From positions 62,863 to 126,862 of the IMG/VR virus record IMGVR_UViG_3300025887_000010: DNA of 64,000 nucleotides, one strand, 5' to 3'. Both the position numbers and the translations under genes were made by a program. This document shows, piece after piece, positions 39,154 to 48,066 of this stretch. The notes under the pieces were generated by a model. It did no database searches. It saw only the letters and a list, made by a program, of their open reading frames with translations, and was not told where the DNA came from. Each line of letters begins with the position of its first letter. Positions within the stretch are counted from its first letter, which is position 1. The DNA comes from a virus.

Positions 39154-40554
39154 ATGACAACTGCACTCAATACTGAGCATCTCATATTGCACGGACTTCT
39201 CCGTGACTCGGACTTCGCAGCGAAAACGGTTGACTCGATTCAGCCAGACTTCTTCAAGAATGAAGTTGCGAGATCAACGTTTATCGAAATCCAAAACCAT
39301 TTCTTCGCACACTCGAAGACTCCGTCCTCGGATGAGATCAACGTTCTCATTCAGACGATGAACATTCCTGACGAAACGAAGATGGAAGCTCTCGAATATC
39401 TTGAGCCTCTTGGCGAAATCAGCACTGATTTCCTTATGCAGCAAGCAGAAGCATACTGCAAAGAGCGAGCAACAATGAACGCTCTATTCGCAGCTCTCGA
39501 AATTGCTGAAGACCCGAAGAAGACATTCGATGCAATTCCTGAGTTGATGTCGACTGCAATCAACTTCTCGTTCGATCACGACATTGGTCTCAACTACTAT
39601 GACGACGTCGAAGAGCGTGTCTCTTCGTACAACGAGAACTCGACGAAAATTCCCTACAAGCTGGCGATGATGAACAAGATCACCAATGGTGGTGTGGAGC
39701 CTGGCACGCTGAACGTCGAAACTGCACCAACTGGTTTCGGTAAGACGATTCGAATGGCTGATGAAGCCAAATTCCAATCCGAACGAGGTCTCACAGTCAT
39801 CTACTACACCTTCGAGATGAGTGATCTTCGAATTGCTCGAAGACTCGATGCGAACTATCTCGACATGGAGATGTCAGCAGTTCCGAAATTCGCGAAGAAC
39901 GTCGACAACATTCGAAAACGTTTCGGTCTTCAGCGTAAGGCTGCACGAGGCGAGCTTATCTTCAAGGACTATGCTCCTGACACGATCACAGCTCAGCATC
40001 TCTCCAACCATATTCGTCAAGTTCAACAGAAGCTCGGCAAGAAGGTTGACATCGTCTACATCGACTATCTCAATTTGATGAAGGCTGCTCATGCTGCTCA
40101 CAACTCAGGCACTCACAAACAGATCGAAACGATCTGCAAAGAGATCATCGCACACATTGCGAAGAAGTACAAAATCCCGGTCATCTCAGCCACACAGCTT
40201 CAGCGTCAAGCACAGGACTCTAGTGATGTGAAGATCGGCAACATCGCTGAATCGCAAGGTCTCTCGAACACTGTCGACTTCTTGATCGCATGGTACGGAA
40301 ACGATGATCTCGCTCGCAATGGTTGGGTCAGAGGAAAGCAATTGAAGAATCGCTACGGTGACACGAACTACTACAACGCCTTTATTGTCGGATGCGATCG
40401 ATCGAGGATGCGATTCTACGATGTCGAAGAGGGCAAATCTGATGAACTTCTCGAAAATCTCATTCGAGCTGATGAGAAGACGAAGCTATCGTCAAAAGAT
40501 GAACCGGTCGAAGAAAAGAAGCCTCAGCCAAAATTTGCGAAATTTGGCATTTAA
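39154..40554 (+). CDS. gp41: Replicative DNA helicase (DnaB-like)
   Basis: DHDIGLNY, KITNGG, APTGFGKT, FEMS..RIARRLDAN, IDYLNL, SATQL, IAESQGL..TVDF, QLKNRY. Confidence 0.93.
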   Translation: MTTALNTEHLILHGLLRDSDFAAKTVDSIQPDFFKNEVARSTFIEIQNHFFAHSKTPSSDEINVLIQTMNIPDETKMEALEYLEPLGEISTDFLMQQAEAYCKERATMNALFAALEIAEDPKKTFDAIPELMSTAINFSFDHDIGLNYYDDVEERVSSYNENSTKIPYKLAMMNKITNGGVEPGTLNVETAPTGFGKTIRMADEAKFQSERGLTVIYYTFEMSDLRIARRLDANYLDMEMSAVPKFAKNVDNIRKRFGLQRKAARGELIFKDYAPDTITAQHLSNHIRQVQQKLGKKVDIVYIDYLNLMKAAHAAHNSGTHKQIETICKEIIAHIAKKYKIPVISATQLQRQAQDSSDVKIGNIAESQGLSNTVDFLIAWYGNDDLARNGWVRGKQLKNRYGDTNYYNAFIVGCDRSRMRFYDVEEGKSDELLENLIRADEKTKLSSKDEPVEEKKPQPKFAKFGI

Positions 40555-40556
40555 GT

Positions 40557-40586
40557 GTGTACTTGTAGCATAGAATGTGATATTCT
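40557..40586 (+). promoter_or_regulatory. Early promoter
   Basis: GTGTAC-N18-TATTCT. Confidence 0.85.
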
Positions 40587-40615
40587 AAAATTACAGAAAC
40601 AAAGGAAACCATCAA

Positions 40616-40957
40616 ATGCCTAAGATCACAATCAAGCACACAGCAACATTCGATTCCGCTGATAAATCGATGACTGAAATCTTCGCTGCAGCCTCGGAAA
40701 ACTTCATCCTCGAAGGCACCAAGCGCAAGCAACTGACAGTCAATCAAGTCGGTCCATCAATGATGAGGGTTCACTCCGAATTCCTCGCTGAGTATGAAAA
40801 GGATCAATCAGGTGATGAAGTCAAGCTCCACACCAAGAACAATTCGCATCAATTCTTCGTTATCGAAGGATGCACCAAGCTTGATGAAAAGCTTGCAATG
40901 CGCCGTAAAAGCGAAATCCGCCGGCGCAAAAAGAAGAAAGTTGCAAAGGTCTCCTAG
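40616..40957 (+). CDS. Hypothetical protein with a highly basic tail
   Basis: RRKSEIRRRKKKKVAKVS. Confidence 0.75.
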   Translation: MPKITIKHTATFDSADKSMTEIFAAASENFILEGTKRKQLTVNQVGPSMMRVHSEFLAEYEKDQSGDEVKLHTKNNSHQFFVIEGCTKLDEKLAMRRKSEIRRRKKKKVAKVS

Positions 40958-40961
40958 ACCA

Positions 40962-41045
40962 ATGCGACTATTCACCATCGTCATGGTCATCGCTTACATC
41001 AATGCAATCGTATGGTCAATCGTAATCTTCATGAAAGGGATATAG
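40962..41045 (+). CDS. 27 aa single-TM peptide
   Basis: MRLFTIVMVIAYINAIVWSIVIFMKGI. Confidence 0.45.
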   Translation: MRLFTIVMVIAYINAIVWSIVIFMKGI

Positions 41046-41047
41046 TC

Positions 41048-41209
41048 ATGGAAATCATCATCTTCATCGTGATCGCGTTTTTCGTTGCAGGAGTCATCAA
41101 TGAACGTCGTGCCATTCGGGAAATTCCTGGCCGACGCAAGGTCTGGAAGGGCATATTCTGGTTTGTCCTCTTCGCCGTCGTCTTCTTCATTTATGCAGCC
41201 ATGATCTGA
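41048..41209 (+). CDS. Two-TM microprotein
   Basis: MEIIIFIVIAFFVAGV...GIFWFVLFAVVFFIYAAMI; AAAGGGA RBS. Confidence 0.65.
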   Translation: MEIIIFIVIAFFVAGVINERRAIREIPGRRKVWKGIFWFVLFAVVFFIYAAMI

Positions 41210-41222
41210 AAGGTCCACAACA

Positions 41223-42164
41223 ATGAGTGATCCACGCCAAACTCAATGGTATTTGAAATACCGCCCTGCAACTCTCGACGAGATGGTTCTCGAAGACCAT
41301 CACATCGCATTCTTCAAGAAGATGATCGAGTCGCAGGAACCAATGTCGATTCTGCTTTCCGGTACTGCTGGTATCGGCAAAACCACACTTGCGAAAGCAC
41401 TTGTGAACGAACTCGATGCCGAATTCCTTTTCCTCAACTGCTCAGGTCGTGATCGTGGCATCGATACCGTCAAAAACAAGATCACCAACTTCGCTACGAC
41501 GATGAGCATGGATGGCAAACGCAAGGTCATCATCGCCGATGAGGCTGACAATCTCACACAAGATGCTCAGATGGCTCTTCGTTCCGTTATCGAAGATGTT
41601 GGTCGTTCGACCACATTCATTCTGACATGCAACTTCCCTGGGAAGCTCATCGATGCTCTGATTTCACGATGTCATCCGGTCAAGCTGGAAGTAACCGAGA
41701 AGAACGACATCATGGTGAAGATGGCCCGTCGACTTGTCAAAATCCTCAATGAGGAGAAGATCGAGTTCACGAAGCCTGCTTTGTCGAAGATCGTCAAGTC
41801 CAACTTTCCCGACTTCCGGAAGACACTCAACGATCTTCAGCGCCAGTCGTACATTGGTCCGATCGATGAAGAAGCTGCGAAGCGCATTCAGCTCACATCG
41901 AATGATGAGCTCATTAACATCCTGAAACAGAAGTCGTACGAACGTCTCTATCAGTGGTTGATGCTGAATGCTGTTGATCCCGAGTCGACTGTTCTGAACT
42001 TCTGGCCACGCATTGCTGAAACGTTCACTGCCGAGACCCAGCCGTATGCTGTCGTTCATATGAACGAAGCTCAATTCCACATGTCGATGGTTGCTGACAA
42101 GCACCTAACGATGGTCGCAGCCTTCACGAAGATGATGGCAGATTGTGAAGTGAAAGATGTATAG
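41223..42164 (+). CDS. gp44: Clamp loader large subunit (AAA+)
   Basis: WYLKYRP, GTAGIGKTT, DEAD, AQMALR, SRC, FPDFRKTLN. Confidence 0.95.
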   Translation: MSDPRQTQWYLKYRPATLDEMVLEDHHIAFFKKMIESQEPMSILLSGTAGIGKTTLAKALVNELDAEFLFLNCSGRDRGIDTVKNKITNFATTMSMDGKRKVIIADEADNLTQDAQMALRSVIEDVGRSTTFILTCNFPGKLIDALISRCHPVKLEVTEKNDIMVKMARRLVKILNEEKIEFTKPALSKIVKSNFPDFRKTLNDLQRQSYIGPIDEEAAKRIQLTSNDELINILKQKSYERLYQWLMLNAVDPESTVLNFWPRIAETFTAETQPYAVVHMNEAQFHMSMVADKHLTMVAAFTKMMADCEVKDV

Positions 42165-42318
42165 GAAAGAGAAAAAGTTCGAATTGACGCTGAATCACCT
42201 GAAGGCAGCCCTTTTTGTCGTTATCTGGATCATTATCGTCGGTGTGCTTGAGTATACAGATATGTCAAATCAGCTACTTCATATCGGTGGATGTGAGGTG
42301 TCGCATGTGGAACTTTGA
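42157..42318 (+). CDS. Single-TM microprotein (not in the ORF track)
   Basis: MYRKEKK...ALFVVIWIIIVGVLEY. Confidence 0.5.
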   Translation: MYRKEKKFELTLNHLKAALFVVIWIIIVGVLEYTDMSNQLLHIGGCEVSHVEL

Positions 42319-42418
42319 TGCAACCATCGCCTTGATCGGCACCATTATCGTCCTTATCGCCTGCGCAATTCTGCTCGGATCCGTGATGTTCGATACTGTT
42401 CGCAACATGGGAGTTTGA
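42305..42418 (+). CDS. Single-TM microprotein
   Basis: GAGG RBS; MWNFDATIALIGTIIVLIACAILLGSVMF. Confidence 0.55.
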   Translation: MWNFDATIALIGTIIVLIACAILLGSVMFDTVRNMGV

Positions 42419-42421
42419 TCA

Positions 42422-42817
42422 ATGGCAGCTGAAAAGAAGAAAGCTCCCGCGAAGAAGAAAGGTCCATCTCCTTTCGACTATGCAAATTCGATCAATTCTG
42501 ACATCGAATGTCGTATTGGCACTGAAGCTCTTCCGCTGAGGAGTATGAATCGCTTCATGCTCACGCGATCAATGATGACTCATGTCGACACGGTTCTCCT
42601 CGGAGAGCATGCGAACATGCTTGTCTACGCGCCAGACGAATACGTATTTCGTTTCTTGCATTCGATGGTTCATCCTAAGAAGCGTCGTTTCGGCAAGTTT
42701 CCGAAGCTCTTCAAAGACCTCGATCGCGACAAGATCGATGATCTGTGCTCACGCTACTGCATCTCGAGTAAGGATGCACGTCTTATTCTCGAGAACGAGG
42801 AGTTGGATTCGGCATGA
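42422..42817 (+). CDS. gp62: Clamp loader small subunit
   Basis: PFDYANSIN, FMLTRSM..HVDTV, FRFL...KRRFGK. Confidence 0.85.
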   Translation: MAAEKKKAPAKKKGPSPFDYANSINSDIECRIGTEALPLRSMNRFMLTRSMMTHVDTVLLGEHANMLVYAPDEYVFRFLHSMVHPKKRRFGKFPKLFKDLDRDKIDDLCSRYCISSKDARLILENEELDSA

Positions 42818-43002
42818 AGAATGATCGCACATACTCAGTCAAGCCGCATGGCAAGAAGTTCATGACAATTTGCCGAACTGATGGCTTCGCAGTCATGAGA
42901 CTTCTTTCTAAGAATACTCGTCTTGCCAGCAAAAAGGGCAAAGAGTTTGTCGACGGTGTTCGAAAGTCACCAAGAATCGTCTTTTACTTCAAACGTCCAT
43001 AG
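42814..43002 (+). CDS. Hypothetical protein
   Basis: 62 aa, ATGA overlap. Confidence 0.6.
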   Translation: MKNDRTYSVKPHGKKFMTICRTDGFAVMRLLSKNTRLASKKGKEFVDGVRKSPRIVFYFKRP

Positions 43003-43011
43003 GAGAATAAA

Positions 43012-43506
43012 ATGAGCATCGCCGGAATCATACGATCAGCACTCTGGACTGAAATTCAAGACGCCCTCGTGCATGATTTTCCAGAACTGAAAGTTCCTAC
43101 AACCGCACCAAAACATCTCGAAGCAGTTGTGAAATCGAATGCTGACTACATCAGCGAACTGGTCTCAAATCAGAAGACTAAGGTCTCTAAAGGGTCTTTC
43201 GAGTCATCATACGACACAAATCCTCCTCCAATGAAAGGTGTGGACTTGGTAATGAACGAAGGTTGGACAGGTCACATTGTGACAAAAATCGACGATAATC
43301 GCGAGAGAGTCTATGCCTCAAGCGAAGAATCAACTCATACTCTCCGCGGTAATGCATTAACCACTTGGACGCGCAACATTCACGATGCATCACTATACTC
43401 CAGCTACGGAGCAATGTTGACAGTGAAAGCTAATCCTGGGGCAGAATCGAAAACGGCTTCTAGGACCATCACGATTGTCAATCCAGAGGATTTTCACGGT
43501 GTGTAG
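43012..43506 (+). CDS. Hypothetical protein
   Basis: 164 aa, AGGAG RBS. Confidence 0.75.
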   Translation: MSIAGIIRSALWTEIQDALVHDFPELKVPTTAPKHLEAVVKSNADYISELVSNQKTKVSKGSFESSYDTNPPPMKGVDLVMNEGWTGHIVTKIDDNRERVYASSEESTHTLRGNALTTWTRNIHDASLYSSYGAMLTVKANPGAESKTASRTITIVNPEDFHGV

Positions 43507-43509
43507 CGA

Positions 43510-43756
43510 ATGCTTTTTCGTACTGATTCTCGTTATCTTTTTTCTCTTCCTTCCTCGCAAGATCGATCCAGCGATCCGACTGAAAGAGTGGCTAGAAGAG
43601 AAACAGAAACGCAACGAAGCCGATCGTCCTCACTACAGCCACGACATTCGGTACATCATCGTCTATGACCATTATGAGTTTACATGTGACAATTGTGGAA
43701 GCTCTGAAACAGGTGTCCATGGATGGGGATCGCTTGGAAAACCTTGCGAAATTTGA
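43510..43756 (+). pseudogene. Membrane/zinc-ribbon ORF with an apparent +1 frameshift in a T5 run
   Basis: ATG 43510, then T5 at 43514-43518. Removing one T gives MLFVLILVIFFLFLPRK...CDNC. Length is 3n+1. Confidence 0.4.
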
Positions 43757-43764
43757 ACTCTCTT

Positions 43765-43794
43765 GTGTACATGACTGCAGCTTTGTGTTATATT
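43765..43794 (+). promoter_or_regulatory. Early promoter
   Basis: GTGTAC-N18-TATATT followed by ATAAACAAAGGA. Confidence 0.8.
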
Positions 43795-43819
43795 CGAATT
43801 ATAAACAAAGGATAAAATC

Positions 43820-43993
43820 ATGCATGCAGTCGACCCATACACCAAATCATTAGATTTTGCAAATCACAAAACTCGTAAAGAGTTCGACACAAATTCGACT
43901 CCTACTACACCCAACACTCCAGAGAATGTTTACGCTTTCTGGTTGCAACACTTCGAAACTCAGTTGAAGGAACTTCTCAGTGAAACTCGCTAA
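43820..43993 (+). CDS. Hypothetical 57 aa protein (not in the ORF track)
   Basis: First ORF after the promoter/RBS; MHAVDPYTK...ELLSETR*. Confidence 0.6.
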   Translation: MHAVDPYTKSLDFANHKTRKEFDTNSTPTTPNTPENVYAFWLQHFETQLKELLSETR

Positions 43994-44345
43994 TCTTCAA
44001 GAAGCCGTTTTGATGGACACAACGACCCCAGTGTTCGACAAAATTCGGAATGATATTCGTGAATTCTTCCGCAAAGGTCGTGGAATGGATATTCGTATTG
44101 AAGAGGACCCATCCAACTTCGGTAGAAAATGTGTTCTTGCCATGTCATGCCGCTATTGGGGTCAATGGGAAATTCCTGATGGTGAAGAAGACGATGGCGA
44201 CTACGACTGGGAAGTCCTGACTTCGAAATCCCGCAAAGAATTGTACGACTTCACTCAGTCGATGAGCAAGAAGCACAAGAACCTTCTTTTCGAAGCTGGT
44301 GCCGAAGAAAAGAACTGGCTGAATGTGATCGTAATGGTGAAATAG
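43980..44345 (+). CDS. Hypothetical protein
   Basis: GTG start with GAAGGA RBS; MKLANLQEA N-terminus. Confidence 0.7.
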   Translation: MKLANLQEAVLMDTTTPVFDKIRNDIREFFRKGRGMDIRIEEDPSNFGRKCVLAMSCRYWGQWEIPDGEEDDGDYDWEVLTSKSRKELYDFTQSMSKKHKNLLFEAGAEEKNWLNVIVMVK

Positions 44346-44388
44346 TTTTTGCCCATTCTAACGAAATATGTATAAGAAGGATAATCAC

Positions 44389-44814
44389 ATGAAAGTTTGG
44401 CATTCTACGGGTTTTGAGACTCCGCATCTTCTCGATCAACCGATTTGGTTTGCAACGAAACTTGAGACCTCGATTGATGTTTGGTCTACAAACATTCGAA
44501 TCCACTCAGGCGAGTCCTTTGTGTATGAAGCTGAGATTGAGTTCGAATTCGATAACGATGATCTTGTTTATCACCTTCTCGGCAAAAACAACGCTGACAC
44601 ATACTTCAACCAGCTGGTTGCAAATGCATCATCTAAGGACATAATCGATCTCGAATCCACAAAGATTTTGACCAAGTATGGTGTGAATGCTTTACGCGTT
44701 CAGGATTATGATCCAGTCAACTTCGACAAAAACGAAGATTCGATTATCGTTCTTAAACCTCTCTATATCATCAAATCCTGGAATTTGATTGAGCACAAAA
44801 AAGGAAAGCAATGA
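44389..44814 (+). CDS. Putative ADP-ribosyltransferase-fold protein (ART-PolyVal-like)
   Basis: KVWHST...PIWFAT...VYEAEI...YGVNALRVQD...IIVLKP pattern; AAGGA RBS. Confidence 0.5.
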   Translation: MKVWHSTGFETPHLLDQPIWFATKLETSIDVWSTNIRIHSGESFVYEAEIEFEFDNDDLVYHLLGKNNADTYFNQLVANASSKDIIDLESTKILTKYGVNALRVQDYDPVNFDKNEDSIIVLKPLYIIKSWNLIEHKKGKQ

Positions 44815-44999
44815 TGCCCCACGCTAAAGATGCCCACACCCCTCAAGACCAACAGAAAATTCGCATTGCTCACGAGAAAGCACAAGCTGCGATTATCAGC
44901 AAGTTCGGAGTTGTCGCTCCGTACAACAAGAAGAGCCGTGCTCTCTATGACAAAGTTTACGAATCAACACTGAATGGACTGCATCAGTTCAACGGTTGA
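44811..44999 (+). CDS. Hypothetical protein
   Basis: 62 aa, coupled to the upstream gene. Confidence 0.65.
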   Translation: MMPHAKDAHTPQDQQKIRIAHEKAQAAIISKFGVVAPYNKKSRALYDKVYESTLNGLHQFNG

Positions 45000-45009
45000 T
45001 TCACAGTTC

Positions 45010-45079
45010 CTCGAGCCTTTTTCCTTTGTTTTGAGAGCTCGAGTGCCGGTGGGGTCGCCAACAGACCCGCGACCGGTGC
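45010..45079 (+). ncRNA. Candidate structured RNA (two hairpins), family not recognised
   Basis: CTCGAGC/GCTCGAG stem; then GTGCCGGT/ACCGGTGC enclosing GGGTC-GCCAACA-GACCC. Confidence 0.4.
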
Positions 45080-45113
45080 GTATTCTTTCCCTCCCACAAA
45101 CACAGGCCTCATT

Positions 45114-45419
45114 ATGAAAAAGCAAAAGAAGTTCGACGAGATCGTCACCACTGAGGAGATGATCACAGCATTTGCCAACTCCAATTTCGGAAATGAAACA
45201 CGACGTGAAACCCTCGCAAAAGGGATTTTGTTGCACGCACTGGGCTATGAGTCTGGCAACACCATGTTCACAATCCTACTTGAGCTTGGACTCATTCGAC
45301 GTCCAGGTGACATCATGACACTGAAATCCTCGCTGACTCCGAAGGGAAAAGCCTATATGCGTGATGCTGTAGATGTTTCAACTCTTATACAAAGTTGTGG
45401 ATTCGCTGTAAAACAGTGA
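45114..45419 (+). CDS. Hypothetical protein, possibly winged-helix
   Basis: LLELGLI...LTPKGKAY. Confidence 0.65.
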   Translation: MKKQKKFDEIVTTEEMITAFANSNFGNETRRETLAKGILLHALGYESGNTMFTILLELGLIRRPGDIMTLKSSLTPKGKAYMRDAVDVSTLIQSCGFAVKQ

Positions 45420-45448
45420 TGTATATTCGTACACAAATGTGATACAAT
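45419..45448 (+). promoter_or_regulatory. Early-type promoter for the polymerase gene
   Basis: ATGTAT-N18-TACAAT with TGTGA extension. Confidence 0.65.
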
Positions 45449-45476
45449 CGAATTAAGAACAACAAATGGAGTCTGC

Positions 45477-48056
45477 ATGAAATACATCAGCTATTTCGAG
45501 AACAAGGGTGTGGTTCACATCAAGACGACCGACGATGACGGAAAGCGGAGATGGTTACACGAAAAGAAGCCTGCTCCGTTCTACCGAAAGACGGAAGAAG
45601 AAACGCCGTACAGGTCCATCTACGGTGACTATCTCGAGAAGTTCGAGTTCGATACACTTTCCGACGCCAAGAAGTTCCTTTACGAATTTCCTGAAACAAA
45701 GCGCAGTCTTTTTGGCACATCTCGTTTGCCTTTCGGCATCGTATCTGGGATGGAATGGGAAGAAGCTTTCATTGATGACTTCAACGTTTGCGTCTTAGAC
45801 ATCGAGACTGAGGTCGATCAAAGTACCGGCGTACCTGACCCAATCCTCGCAATCGAACCCGTCAACATGATCACATTAAAGGTCATGACTGCCGAAAAGT
45901 TCACTGTAATGACGACATGTAAGGTGGACATTGAAGAAGTTTCACAGCGTTGCAGAGTCCCTGTTGATCTTATCAATCTTCGTTTCTTCGAATCTGAAGA
46001 TGACATGCTTAACGCCTTTGTAGACTACTTCTCGAAGAACGACATCGACATCTACGGTGGTTGGAACTCAGAAGACTTCGACATGACGTACATGGGATCA
46101 CGCATTGAAAAGCGTCTTGGCTTTGACGTTTTGCTACGCATGTCTCCATTCGGACAGATCGATAAGCGATCATTCAAGACCTCTTACGGAAACGATGCCG
46201 TCGAGTACAAAATCCGTGGAATGTATCACATCGACTTCATGAAGCTCTACAAAACTCGTGTCAGCAAGTTCGAAGCACGTGAACGCCATTCTCTCGACTA
46301 CATTGCGAATTTCGAACTGGGTGAAGGCAAGCTCGTTCACGAATCCGGCATTCCAGGTCACCTGCTCTACAAAACGTACCCATCTGCTGGTCTCGCATAC
46401 AACGTCGTCGACGTCAAGAGAGTCGAAGAGATCATCAAATCTCGTCGTATCCTCGACCTCAACATCTCACTTGCTCAAATGTGTCGCATGAATCTTGACG
46501 ACATTGAGTTCGTCACTCGAATCGTGATGAGCTACACATACAACTATCTCAAGAAGGTCGACGAGTTCATGCCTCTTGAGACTCCTACAATCATGCCTCG
46601 CAAATACGAAGGTGGATTCGTCTATCCGACCATTAAAGGTCGTCACAAGTACATGTTCACATGTGACATCGCAGCATCGTATCCGTCTTCTATGCGAGCC
46701 ATCAACATCTCTCCAGAATCGAAGACTCGAAAGCTCACAACAAACGTTCGCGAGATGATCGATGGTGTCTCTCCTGAGTTTGATCGCGAAAACGAAACGA
46801 TGGCTCCGAATGGTCAATGCTTCGATCGACATAATCGAGGCATGTTCCCTCGAATCCTCGATGAGTTGGCTGCTCACAGACAGAAGTTCAAGGACGAAAA
46901 GAATCGTCTGACAGCTCTCTACTCTGCTGAGTACGACGAGGAAAAGAAAGCTCTCCTGAAGAAGCAGATGGAAGTCTACAAATCCTCGGACAAAGCTGTG
47001 AAGGAGATCAACAACTCCGTTTACGGTTCTACCGGTTCGTCAACTTTCATCTTCTACGATCCAGACATTGCTGAGGCCATCACTATGACAGGTCAAATCA
47101 TTCAGCGATGGATGTGTGAGGCAATTACCGAATTCGTCAACAATCCGAAGAACCAACTGAACGCCATTCGCATGTATGAGAAGAAGTTCCTCAAGCGAAA
47201 GTCCATTGACACTCTCAAGCCAGCAAAGTGTCGACTGGTCGCAGGTGACACAGACTCTGTTATGTTCGAAATCGAACAGATCGTGTCTCAACTCGACATG
47301 TCCGAATACGAACGTCTCTGCTTCATTCGCTGGTTCGCTGACACCATCGTTCAGAAGGTGATCAACATCGCAATGGAGAAAGTCGGCAAGGCAACCAACG
47401 CTGTTGACTCTTCAGTCCTCAAAGCTGACCGTGAAATCGTTTCACCTGCTGCCATCTTCACTGCGAAGAAGAAGTACAGCATGCTCAAATTCGATGAGGA
47501 AGGTGCTGAGTATCATGAGCCATACCCTCAGAAAACTCAGGGTCTTACGATCATTCAGAAATCGACACCAAAGGTCGTCAAGGATAAACTTGTCGAATTC
47601 ATGACGAAGATTTTCTACTCCGATGAGGAAGCATACGATTTCGAATGTTCGTTCAGAGCTGACTTCGACTTGATGCCACCTGACAGCATTGCTCGTAATA
47701 CTGGTGTCTCAGATGTCTCCAAATACGAAGTCCAAGAAGGCTTCATGAAAGGAACACCTCTTCACGTTCGTGGTTCGATCGCACACAATCGTCTTGCTTT
47801 GGAGACTAAAGCCGATGTTTCACTCATCAAGAATGGCAGTTCGATCAAGTACGTCTATCTCTCGAAACCAAATCCTGTCGGTTCTAACGTCATATCATGG
47901 TGCGATGAATGGCCTTCGTTCTTTGACGAGGTTGATCTGTCAAAGTTCATCGATCATAAACGTCAATTTGAAGCCGTTTTCTCTGGTCAGACTCACATTC
48001 TCTTTAGTGCGACTGGCTACAACTTCACACAGAAAGAGCAGCTTGATCTGTTCTGA
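45477..48056 (+). CDS. gp43: Family B DNA polymerase with 3'-5' exonuclease
   Basis: DIETE, GWNSEDFD, YNVVD; YEGGFV, DIAASYPS, K...NSVYG, GDTDS, KKKY, PLHVRG. Confidence 0.95.
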   Translation: MKYISYFENKGVVHIKTTDDDGKRRWLHEKKPAPFYRKTEEETPYRSIYGDYLEKFEFDTLSDAKKFLYEFPETKRSLFGTSRLPFGIVSGMEWEEAFIDDFNVCVLDIETEVDQSTGVPDPILAIEPVNMITLKVMTAEKFTVMTTCKVDIEEVSQRCRVPVDLINLRFFESEDDMLNAFVDYFSKNDIDIYGGWNSEDFDMTYMGSRIEKRLGFDVLLRMSPFGQIDKRSFKTSYGNDAVEYKIRGMYHIDFMKLYKTRVSKFEARERHSLDYIANFELGEGKLVHESGIPGHLLYKTYPSAGLAYNVVDVKRVEEIIKSRRILDLNISLAQMCRMNLDDIEFVTRIVMSYTYNYLKKVDEFMPLETPTIMPRKYEGGFVYPTIKGRHKYMFTCDIAASYPSSMRAINISPESKTRKLTTNVREMIDGVSPEFDRENETMAPNGQCFDRHNRGMFPRILDELAAHRQKFKDEKNRLTALYSAEYDEEKKALLKKQMEVYKSSDKAVKEINNSVYGSTGSSTFIFYDPDIAEAITMTGQIIQRWMCEAITEFVNNPKNQLNAIRMYEKKFLKRKSIDTLKPAKCRLVAGDTDSVMFEIEQIVSQLDMSEYERLCFIRWFADTIVQKVINIAMEKVGKATNAVDSSVLKADREIVSPAAIFTAKKKYSMLKFDEEGAEYHEPYPQKTQGLTIIQKSTPKVVKDKLVEFMTKIFYSDEEAYDFECSFRADFDLMPPDSIARNTGVSDVSKYEVQEGFMKGTPLHVRGSIAHNRLALETKADVSLIKNGSSIKYVYLSKPNPVGSNVISWCDEWPSFFDEVDLSKFIDHKRQFEAVFSGQTHILFSATGYNFTQKEQLDLF

Positions 48057-48066
48057 AAGGAAATCC

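Noticed and set aside
45010-45079. tRNA or known riboswitch
   Set aside because: No cloverleaf, no TTCGA T-loop or CCA end, and I could not match any riboswitch consensus I know; kept only as an unclassified structure
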